The notes below the pieces were generated by a model, which was given only the letters and a program-made list of their open reading frames with translations, made no database searches and was not told where the DNA came from. From Eledone cirrhosa (taxonomy: Eukaryota), in the NCBI GenBank assembly GCA_964016885.1, contig OZ024758.1, positions 35,402,001 through 35,466,000 on the forward strand: a stretch of DNA of 64,000 nucleotides. The letters run 5' to 3'. The position numbers were made by a program, and so were the translations under genes. Of the stretch, positions 36,065 to 47,643 are shown piece after piece; positions within the stretch are counted from its first letter, which is position 1; each line of letters begins with the position of its first letter.

Positions 36065-39000
36065 TCTATATATTAATTTGAAGAACGTCAGTATTCCGTG
36101 TGTCACAATTCTCGATTATCATTGGTTCATAGGTTTCAAACGACTCCGCCCACCCCAACGACGCCAAACTGAAATTAATATGCATAATGCCAATGAGGGA
36201 GTGAGAGGGGAGAGTGTGAACGCTGTGTTCAATAACTATTAACATGTATGCGTGTGTATGTATGTGCGCGTATGTTTATGTGTGTGTGCGTGCGTGCAGT
36301 GTTCCACAGAAAGTAAAAACTATCAACATGTGTGAGTGTGTGCGTGTGTAAGTTTGTGTGCGTGTGCGCGTTTCCATGCGTGTATTTGTGTGACGTTCCA
36401 CAATCGCCGCGCAGTTTATCTGTCTGTGTGCCTGTCTGTCATACACAGAGTTGTGAAGGGAGTAAATAGGGACCTTTCTTTACATTGACGGACATCTTTT
36501 ATATTTATTATTGTGTCATTTCTTTTTACAATTGCTCCAAATGAATACTGATAAGAAAAGCAATTCGACTTTATCAAACAGTGAACTACAGCGGCGACGG
36601 AGTGCTGCGATGGTTGAAAAACGAACTGGCTGAGCATCATCAGCAGGTGGCCAGAATTCAGCAGCAATGGCGTGCTCCGGTGGATGAAGAGGAGCTGGCT
36701 GAACAGCGCCAGCGCAATACAGAAGTTCAGGGAATGTGTCGCAAAGTGCTCCTCATTCCAGTAAAGAGGCGAACGAATGATATTAAAAATGGATCATGGC
36801 AACCGTGTCACTGTCAGATTGGTGGACGACCAGGGTCTCCACATTGTGGAGCATTGCTTTGGTGGCACGAAAAGACGTGGACCACAATGTGCTGTCACAA
36901 AGGAGCAGTTCAACTAGAACCTTTGCGAATGCCGGATGATGGGGAGTCACCGGAGTTTAAAATACTAAGTATGTGGGGTGATCAATGAGACCGAGGTAGA
37001 TTACTGCGCAAATATTCGCGGCAAATTAACAATTTATTAGCTTTAGTATCGCAGAGAGTTAGTGAGATGTTTGAGAGTGGAGCATGGCAACCGAATGTCG
37101 TCATTCAATGCCGTTTGTATCATTGTATCGATAATTTAGAAGTTACCCCAGGAGAGAGGCCTTGATTCGCTCAAATTTACGTTAACAATCCAGATTATAG
37201 TGAATCGGAGGAGGATATCAGGATCGGTTGGATGAAGTTGCCGGGAAATATAACTGAACTTGAACGGCAAAGGTTAAGTGATTTGATCCATGATTTGCAA
37301 TCATGGCTTAGACAGTGTAATCCTTATGTTATGGATTTCATGTTGGTGGCTGAACTGCAGAATGTTCAGCAACAAACATTGGTGATTAAGGCTGACGCAG
37401 TGCCAAGGAATCAACACGAACGGCGATATAATGCCCCCGAAGGATTTCGTGAAGTTGCTGTGTTGATGGACGATAAGCCTGGATCGAGAGATATCGCCCT
37501 CAATCGCAGAGATGGTGGTCTCAACACTATCAATGAGTCAAATAGGACATACCATCCATTGCATTATGTTCTTTTATTCCCAAAAGGTGAAAATGGATGG
37601 AACATGTCTGTTCATTTAGATGATCATGAGAATCAGCATCAACAGGGAGGTGGCAATAGACACAATAATTCGATTCGCGACTTTTACGCGTTCCATTTGA
37701 ACGAGAGGAATCAACAGAGAAATGCGCTATTTCAAGCCAGCAGATTGTTCCAGGAATACTGTTGTATGGCATACGCAAAGATCGAAAATCAAAGGCTAAA
37801 TTATATAGCTACACATCAGCAACATATCAGAGCTGAATTGTATAATAATATACAGGATGCGATAACAGCCGATGATGCCAATTACAAGCAAATTGGTCGA
37901 CGCATCATTTTGCCATCGTCGTTCATCGGCGGCTCGAGATATATGAACATTCGCTATCAGGATGCAATGGCTATTGTCAGAAAGTTTGGAAAGCCAGATT
38001 TGTTTATAACGGTTACATGCAATCCTGAATGGACTGATATTAAGGATGCACTTTTGCCAGGACAACAGCCAAAGGACCGTCCTGATATTGTGGCAAGAGT
38101 ATTCAAAGGATATCTGAAAAAGATAATGGATGATGTGGAAAAAGAGGGAATCTTTGGAGGTATAGTTGCTTTTACATACGTAATTGAATTCCAAAAAAGA
38201 GGATTGCCACATGCACATTTGCTGATCATTTTACATAGAGATTGCAAATTGTGATGTGCTGAGGATGTCGACAGCATTGTGTGTGCTGAACTGCCGGAGA
38301 ATGAGGCACTATGCAACTTGGTGGCAAAGTCAATGGTGCACAACCAATGCGGAGTGGCAAATCGGAAAGCGCCTTGCATGAAAAATGGCCAATGCAGTAA
38401 GCACTTTCCGAAATCTTTTGTCACGAACACTTCCTGGAATGATGGGGATGCTCATCCCTCATACAGAAGACGGTCGCCTGCCAATGGCGGTTTGGTCGAA
38501 AATGTAAACGGTCGACAGGTTACAAATCAATGGGTTGTGCCATACAATCCATATTTGATTATGAAATATCGTTGTCATATTAATGTGGAAATTTGTAGCT
38601 CAGTGAAAGCTTGCAAATATCTATTCAAGTATGTTTACAAAGGTCATGATGGGGCAATGATGAATGTCAGGAATGAGGAAGCGAACCAAGGAGATGAAGT
38701 TGGCAGGTTCCAGGATGTTCGCTCGATTGGATCTAGCGAAGCTTGCTGGAGATTGTTCGATTTTGATCTCAATGAACGCAAACACAGCGTTCAGAAACTG
38801 ACGGTTCACTTAGAGAATAGGCAAATGGTCTGTTTTAAGGACACTAGAAGAGGTATCGAAAGAATTGCTAACGCACCACCTCCTAAGACGGAATTGACTG
38901 AGTGGTTCAAGCATAATAGGGAACATGCTTTGAACCCGGATCAAAAGCAACTCTACTGCGATTTCCCTTCGCACTATACGTGGGATAAGAAGGGAAAGAA

Positions 39001-41906
39001 ATGGAATGATAGAAAACAAAAGTTGAGATTCATGACTATTGGACGGGTTTGTAATGTCCATCCAGCATCTGGTGATGTGTTTTATCTCCGAATTCTGTTG
39101 CATAGTGATTTTTCGAGAGGTAAACAGAGCTTCGCTGATTTGAAAACAATCAATGGCGTGGAATATAAAAGATACCAGGCTGTGTGTCAGCATCTGGGAC
39201 TCCTTCAGGATGACGCTGAATGGAATAACGCCATGGAAGCTGCAGGAACAACACAGATGCCAGCTCGAATATGGCAGTTGTTTGTCACGATTCTAGGATT
39301 CTGCAATCCTGCCGATCCAAGAGAGTTATTTGAACGCCATTGGGGAATTATGGCTGATGATTTTAGGCACCATCTTCAGGTCTATGATGAACATTTGATG
39401 AAGGCTATTGTTTTGCTCAATATTGAGCAACTGCTCGAAGTTCATTTGAAATGTTTAACAGATTTCAATTTGCCAATTCCTGATGAAGAAATGCGGCAAC
39501 GTGTCTTAGCATTGAACATGAGATTGCAGCTTAGACGGTTGCCACTCGATCGGAGGGAACTATTCCAGTTTGATCCACTGGAACAGCAACGTATTGTGGA
39601 TGAACGTATGCCAATGTTGACCCAATCTCACAGAGAATTGGTCGATGGCGCTCTCCACTCGATTTCCACTAATGAGCAACTTTGTGCTTTCATAGATGTT
39701 CCAGGAGGCACCGGAAAGACATTCTGTTTCAACACTATGTTATCGGCAGTCAGAGCTCAGAGGAAGATTGCTCTCCCTGTGCCCACCAGGGGCATCGCTG
39801 CCACTTTGCTGAGTGGTGGAAGGACCTTCCACTCATGCTTCAAGGCTCCATTGGCTCCAGATGAGTTGAGTGTCTGTAATATTACAGGACAAAGTGAACT
39901 CGCGGGCCTTATACGCAATACGTCTCTGATTATTTGGGACGAGGCTCCAATGGCACACAGATATTTGCTGGAGGCATTGGACAGAACTTTGAGAGATATC
40001 TGCGGTAGTGACCTGCCATTCAGTGGTAAGACTATCGTTGTTGGTGGCGATTTCAGACAGGTGCTACCAATTGTTAGGAATGCTCAAAGAGCGCAAATTG
40101 TCGATGCATGTCTGAAAAAGTCCCCGTTTTGGCGCCATTTCAGAGTTTTGCGATTACACGATAATATGCGACTTCCTATGTTCGGGCAAAACGAAGAGGC
40201 TGAGACATACGGCCGATGGTTGATGCAGTTGGGAAACGATGAATTGCCACACGTTGGTGATAATCAGACTGTATGAATCCCAGACCATTTGGTCATGCCA
40301 CTGGACCGCCAAGGCTTGATTGACTGGATGTTCCCTAATTTGAATGCTTTTTGGCAGAATATCTCCTGGATATCGGAACGTGTTATTCTAACTCATACGA
40401 ATACAACGGTCGATGAAATAAATTCACAAGTAGCCGGAATGTTTCCTGGAGAGGAATGGTTGACCGTCAGTGCGTATGCAATGGAGCCTAATCAGCAGAA
40501 CAGTATGGATGTTCCGACTGAGTATCTGAATTCACTTCAAATACCCGGATTTCCCCCACATATTTTGAGGTTGAAAAAGGGTTTGCCGATTATATTGCTT
40601 AGAAATATCAATCATAAAATGGGTCTTTGCAATGGTACCAGATTGATTGTTGAGAGATTGATTAACGGAAGAGTTTTAGAAGCTAAACTCCCAGGCAGAG
40701 AGGAATCGGTTCTCATTCCGAGGATCATGCTGAGACCAAGTGAAGATCTGCTGCCATTTATTTGGCAAAGGAGACAGTTTCCCGTCAATTTGGCCTTCTC
40801 CATGACTGTCAACAAGGCACAGGGACAGACTTTCAAGCGAGTCGGTGTCTACTTGAATGATCCAGCATTCAGCCATGGGCAACTCTATGTTGCTGCATCT
40901 CGAGTGTGCGATCCTGATGGTATAAAATTTGCAATTGATACCACTAACAGAGTAACAAACCTAAATATTGTCTATAATGAAGCTTTGAGCTGATGTATGC
41001 ATATCTTTAAAGCTATCAATAAGCGACGTATATGATTCGGACATTGGTTTCCTTTCATCTGTATTGTGAGCTTTGGCAGAGTTATCATTTATGTCCAATG
41101 TCATTTATTGTCGATAATGAGCAATAAAAACCAACAAGTATTGGTAGAAATTGCCTTCAAATTTATCGCTTCTGATTGCAGTGGTAATAAAACCTCATCA
41201 TATGCTGAGTCTGGCAAAAAGTTTGGTGCCTATGGCTGGCCAGGGCTAGAGTAATATTGAAAAACGATTCTATTTTCGAAGTAGAAGGATCCGCCATTTT
41301 GAGTTCAAACCAGGCCACCTCCCCGAGTTGAACTCTGGGCAATATTGACTGTCTATTACTCAGTGGCTAAGAGCCTGGAAATTACTGAATAAATTTTTGT
41401 GTCATATAATTTGTTGTTTTATTATTATAGCTGACCACTTATAGATAAGCAGGTTATCCATATCCATATTAATTTGGCATTTGTATAAACCATTTCAAGT
41501 AAATAGGGACCTTCTTTACATTGACGGACATCTTTTTTATTAATTATCTATATCTATATCTACATATAATATAAAAGATTGGAACTTCCATCATCCTTTT
41601 GAGAAACGTGGAACAACCACGTCTATGCAATGATACACGTTTTCCAGTCAGGCAGAAGAGGAACCATCTCCTAGAGGTCACTATTCTAGGTGGGAGCACC
41701 TAGAATTGTTCATATACTATGCACAAACCGCACGACGAAGAATCTGGTATATCTGGAAGATTATTTTTACAGTTTTTTTGTATCACACAGACAACACGGA
41801 CTCGCCTCACACTGTAACCAGACAAACATCCAATACAGACATTTTCTCTTTTACCTGTCTTCTCTTATCATCTGTTTACCCGGGCGAAGCTAGGTACGTC
41901 AGCTAG
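36065..41906 (+). mobile_element. Full-length Helitron
   Basis: a|TCTATATATTAATTT 5' end; 3' hairpin-like tacccgggcgaagctaggta followed by CTAG|t; RepHel coding region inside. Confidence 0.92.
36581..40993 (+). pseudogene. Helitron RepHel (HUH-Y2 Rep + Pif1 helicase) with four in-frame TGA stops
   Basis: PDLFITVTCNP, EFQKRGLPHAH, YLFKYVYK; GGTGKT, IIWDEAPM, GGDFRQVLP, TVNKAQGQT, FSHGQLYVAASRV; all ORF segments in one frame; true start uncertain. Confidence 0.93.
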
Positions 41907-42470
41907 TCTATATATTAATTTCAACAATGTCAATATTCCATGTGTCATAATTCTCGATTATCATTGGTTCATAGGTTTCGAACGACTCCGCCCACCTCAA
42001 CTACGCCAAACTTAAATTAATATGTATAATGCCAATGAGAGAGTGAGAGGCGGAGAGAGGCAAAGTGAACGCTGTGTTGGATACACTATGTATATGTGTC
42101 AGTGTAGAGACGTGTGTGTGTGTGTGTGATGTGTGTGGAAATAAGAGGGGAAGGAAAGCAATAACTATTAACACGTGTGCGTGTGTATGTACGTGCGCGT
42201 ATGTTTATGTATGTGTGCGTGCGTGCAGCGTTCCACAGAAAGTAAAAACTATCAACATGTGTGAGTGTGTGCGTGTGTGTAAGTGCACGGGTGCGTGTGT
42301 AAGTTTGTGTGCGTGTATGTGTGTATACGTGCGGCGTTCCACAATCGCCACGCAGTTTATCTGTCTGTGTGCCTGTCTGTCAGTCTAACATACAGAGTTG
42401 TGAAGGGAGTAAATAGGGACCTTTTCTTTTATCATCTGTTTACCCGGGCGAAGCTGGGTACGTCAGCTCG
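41907..42470 (+). mobile_element. Non-autonomous Helitron, head-to-tail with the full-length copy
   Basis: Same 5' TC end and (GT)-rich body as 36065-36480; 3' end tacccgggcgaagctgggtacgtcagCTCG. Confidence 0.88.
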
Positions 42471-43364
42471 GGAAAATAATTTATGCTTTGATTCGTGAAG
42501 ACGTTCCCTGGCAATGAACGGGAAAAAGAAGATAATACATCGTTATGTGGAGCGGTGACAACAATTACACGTAAAGACAAAACCACGTTTATGGTGTAAA
42601 TGGAGTCGTAGACTAATATTCTATTAAGGAAACTGAATGATGCTCGGCTTCGGAGTCCAGAATAATGTAAATAAATTAGTTGAACGAAAATGACAGATGT
42701 TATTAAAATCATAAAAGTAATAATAATTAAATATATACATACACACATTTATACATGAGCATATGCGAAAACTCACGGCATGCATGCATATACATATACG
42801 TACACATAAACTGGCGCGCACGGACGTAAACCGGCGCAACACATATACCCGCACACATACGATTGTATGCACCAAATACACATATAAATATATGTTTGTG
42901 TGTGTATATATACATATAATTATAAATACATATATAAATATACACGCATAAATGCGTATAGAACGCACACTCACATACCTACAGGTAAATACACATATGT
43001 TCACCAAACGTACATATACCAAAACCCTATGTACACATATACACACATACACACTCATTCATACACATATATACACATATACATACATACGTACATATAT
43101 GTGTGTATATATATAGAGAGAGAGAGAGAGAGCAGTTGTAATGGGTAATATCGCAGCTATTTCTAGCAGTCAGTGAGACTACCTAGAGGTTTTCTTATTG
43201 ATATATAATTGATATTTTATTGAGTGATACTTTCTGATTTACAATAAACTAAAAACGATTGGAACTGTGTCTGAAGGTATTAAATTATATCAGGGACTTT
43301 TAACATATGACACCGGGAAGAGAGTTGAAACATGCACAACGACACCGAGTACCTGCTGCCTTCA

Positions 43365-43553
43365 TTGCGGTGAATTGGCAGTATCGGTAGAGGGTCGGAC
43401 GCCATGCTTTCCAGCATAGTTACGTCCCTTTACGATCTGAGTTCAAATCCTGCCGAGGTTGACTTTGCCTTTCATCCTTACGGGGTCGATAAAATAAAGT
43501 ACCAGTAATGCACTGGGTAATTGCTGGCCTTGTGCCTAAAGTAGAAACAATTA
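43365..43553 (+). mobile_element. SINE family A (close to consensus)
   Basis: Full head, body and tail. Confidence 0.88.
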
Positions 43554-43587
43554 TAACTTTAATTAATCTAATTATATCTTGTGTAAC

Positions 43588-43642
<55 letters not shown>

Positions 43643-44076
43643 TTTATTTCCCCGACATCAGTCTTACACTGTCATATCTATTCTTACTTTACAATTGTGT
43701 CTACTAAGAGTTCCATTACAATCTGTAGTAGTAAAACTACTATTTCACCAGAACATCTGCTATCAGTCATTTATAGACAATATATATATTTTAGACCACA
43801 TATCAACCTAATATATATATATTTCCTATCAAATCTGTAGCTAAAGACATAAAGTCATCCTCACTACTTCATTCTGACAAGATATCAATTCATGACTAAA
43901 GATGAAGATACACCAACGTTAATGTCGTGAAATAAAGCTGATAACATCTTTGAAACTTTTAATTTGATAACAAAGAGATTATTTCTTTGGTTGTTTAGTA
44001 ACAACTAACAACACAACACATTGATTATATGTGAAGGAGGTAAGTTGACAAAGATTTACTTGAAGTCTATAATAAT

Positions 44077-44241
44077 TGTTTCTACTTTAGGCACAAGACC
44101 AGCAATTACCCAGTGCATTACTGGTACTTTATTTGATCGACCCCCTAAGGATGAAAGACAAAGTCAACCTCGGCGGGATTTGAGCTCAGATCGTAAAGGT
44201 ATGTAACTATGCTGGAAAGCATGGCGTCTGACCCTCTACCG
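44077..44241 (-). mobile_element. SINE family A
   Basis: Flanked by 19-bp direct repeat acttgaagtctataataat. Confidence 0.88.
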
Positions 44242-44284
44242 ACTTGAAGTCTATAATAATGATAGCCACAATTACTAACTGCTA

Positions 44285-45050
44285 TATAGTACATTAGATA
44301 ATGTAGTCCTAGGTACACTATGTCTGATAGCCATTATACTGTACATTATATAATGTAGTCTTAGGTACACTATGTCTGATAGCCACTATACTGTACATTA
44401 GACAATGTAGTCCTAGGTACACTATGTCTGATAGCCACTATACTGTACATTATATAATGTAGTCCTAGATACACTATGTCTGATAGCCACTATACTGTAC
44501 ATTAGACAATGTAGTCCTAGATACACTATGTCTGATAGCCACTATACTGTACATTAGATAATGTAGTCCTAGGTACACTATGTCTAATAGCTACTATACT
44601 GTACATTAGATAATGTAATCCTAGATACACTATGTCTGATAGACACTATACTGTACATTAGATAATGTAGTCCTAGATACACTATGTCTGATAGCCACTA
44701 TACTGTACATTAGATAATGTAGTCCGAGGTACACTATGTCTGATAGCCACTATACTGTACATTAGATAATGTAGTCCTAGGTACACTATGTCTGATAGAC
44801 ACTATACTGTACATTAGATAATGTAGTCCTAGGTACACTATGTCTGATAGCCATTAATACTAATTTCTATACTGTACATTAGATAATGTAGTCCTAGTTA
44901 CACTATGTCTTATAGCCAGTAATACTAATTTCTATACTGTACATTAGATAATGTAATTCTAGATATACTATGTCTTATAGCCACTAATACTAACTACTGT
45001 ACTGTACATTAGATAATGTAATCCTAGATACACTATGTCTGATAGTCACT
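44285..45050. repeat. 52-bp minisatellite
   Basis: gtacattagataatgtagtcctaggtacactatgtctgatagccactatact. Confidence 0.94.
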
Positions 45051-45909
45051 AGTATATACGTAGTTCTCAGGGAGATTCATCAAGACGTATGGCATGGCTT
45101 CCCTTTGAAATACATGTAGAACCCATCTTATATTATAATGTGTCTGAGTATTTCATTGACACGTATACCGTTGACATTCTTCTCAGGGAGATTCAGTGTG
45201 ACAATTATATGTAACAACATTTCCACTATAATTATTACAACTTATTATTTTTGCCAGCTGGGTGAAATAAAACAATGAGAAATAAAGTGTCTTGTTCAAG
45301 GCCCCGACGTACAGACCACCCGGTATGGGATTCGAACTCACGAACCATACGTTCATGTATTGCGTGCTATCACCGCCTAAATCCGGTTTCCTCCACACAA
45401 AATACACCAGAATATTTTAATCCGGATTAATTCAGGAACAAGAATTACATTAGTCGCTGAGAGTGATCTCCCTTGGCTGACTTTAAAATCTTTACTTCTT
45501 CCATTAGAAATTAATTTGTTTCATGTCCGATTGAAAGACTCTGGAGTTTTTACCTGTCTTGGGTTTAATTAATGAGGAATTTTGAGGTATTTATAACAAT
45601 TATTAATTATTTCATTACTGAGATATCATTTGAAGGATTTACTGAAGTTTTTAATTATTAATTATTTTATTAGTAACTTAACATGTGGTTCTTGTATAAA
45701 ATTATGTTGGAAGATTTTAGGAAGAAGATATGTAGCCGGTCTCAGTAAAATAGACTCCGAGGCTATGTAGCCGGTAAGTGCGTCAAACACCGTGTGTTGC
45801 GGCCCTTTATGGTCTGAATTGAGACAATTTAAATTTTTTTCCACCATGAATTGTTAAAAAACAAGTTAAAATCTTTTAGTTGTCCATTCGTAACGTACGT
45901 TACACTTTA

Positions 45910-46362
45910 GTTACATACACACACATCTACTGTGTTACATACATACATGTACTGTATTACATACACACAGATCTACTGTGTTACATACACACACATCTAG
46001 TGTGTTACATACACATACATATACTGTTACATACACACATCTACTGTGTTACATACACACACATCTACTGTGTTATATATACACACATCTACTGTGTTAT
46101 ATATACACATCTACTGTGTTACATACACATCTACTGTGTTACATACACACATGTACTGTGTTACATACACACACATCTGCTGAGTTACATACACACACAT
46201 CTACTGTGTTACATACACACACATCTACTGTGTTACATACAGACACATCTACTGTGTTACACACACACACACATCTACTGTGTTACACACACACACATCT
46301 ACACATACATATTCATCAATAGACACACAATACAAAATATTTATTACATACACACACATCTA
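45910..46362. repeat. ~24-bp CA-rich minisatellite
   Basis: catctactgtgttacatacacaca with variable (CA)n. Confidence 0.9.
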
Positions 46363-47196
46363 TGTAATGATTGAGGAAGGAGGGGGCTGGTGAAACGCTA
46401 TAGCGACGTGTGTGTTGCGTACCTTTAAGGTTTACCGGCTTCGTAGCCTATTTGAAGATTTTATTATAATTATGAACCTTGTATTTCAATTAATTATGAA
46501 TAATTATGAGCTATTTATCACAATTGTTAGTTAATTACTAACATAGTAACTTAACATATGGTTGTTATATAGAATTTCGTTGGAAGACTTTAATTTACAT
46601 AGGAACCATTTCCATAGAAGGAGAACCAATTTTGGCTGGGTTTCTACCAAAAGAGTTAATGAAGAATTTTGAACAATTTACTAAAATTATTATTTCATTA
46701 CTAAGATAATGTGTGAATACACAATTATATGTGTGTGTGTATATATATATAAACAGTATATACACAGTATATATATAGTATACAAAAGATGTAGTGGGAT
46801 AATGTGTAGTCTTAAGACAAGTCTGTCCAGATAGCTGCGCTGTAGTTTACACTTATTGGGACTGTGTGTTGGCTAGCAGGCCTGTATTTTGGGATCTAGT
46901 TGGTCCATTATGAGGGAGGTCTGGTTAGTTGGCAGCTCCATGCCTTGTGGTATATGTATAGAAATAAGTTATTGTATATGTATAACTGTCCATCTATATG
47001 TATACATGTATGTTTAGGTATGTGTTTACATACATATATACATTTTCAGACGTATACACGTAAGAGTATATATATCTTTATATATATATACATATATTTA
47101 TATATATATATTTATATATATATAAATATACATTTGAGTGTAGATATATATATATCAATCATCTTTTAACATATATATGTATATATAAAATATATA

Positions 47197-47273
47197 CAAG
47201 GTCTCTCCAAACATGTATACACACTTCAACTACAGTCTATGTAAATGTGTATACATATTTTAGGGACACCCTG
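47197..47273. mobile_element. Very small Tc1/mariner-type MITE
   Basis: TA|caaggtctctccaaacatgtatacaca ... tgtgtatacatattttagggacaccctg|TA, imperfect TIRs. Confidence 0.6.
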
Positions 47274-47643
47274 TATATATATCATGTAACGTGACTCCTA
47301 CTATTATTGGTTGTACAGATCGTCACCGATGAAAATATTTATTTCGACCAAGATTGAATATTTAATGGAATTAAGTGGAATTGGGAAATATTGCCCCGGC
47401 CCAAATCTGACACAAATGGAGCGCCTCCTCTTCCGCTTTTAGGTGTAGAAGAATGGCTTGTGAGAGCAGTGCAAGCCATGTACAGTTGACAAAGATTTAC
47501 TTAATGTCTATATTAATGTGTGTAAATTATAGAATTACGTGAACTCTTCAACGATCCAGTAATTAACCGATTCCACTGTTACATGTGATATAAAATATAT
47601 TATCATGACTGTCTTTATTATTTAAATTACCTCCGTCTATTTA

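Noticed and set aside
36581-40993. Host PIF1 gene, or TGA read-through/selenocysteine recoding
   Set aside because: Fused to a HUH Rep with Helitron termini; TGA positions fit CGA>TGA decay better than recoding
43365-43553. tRNA gene
   Set aside because: A/B boxes belong to a multi-copy SINE head; no full cloverleaf
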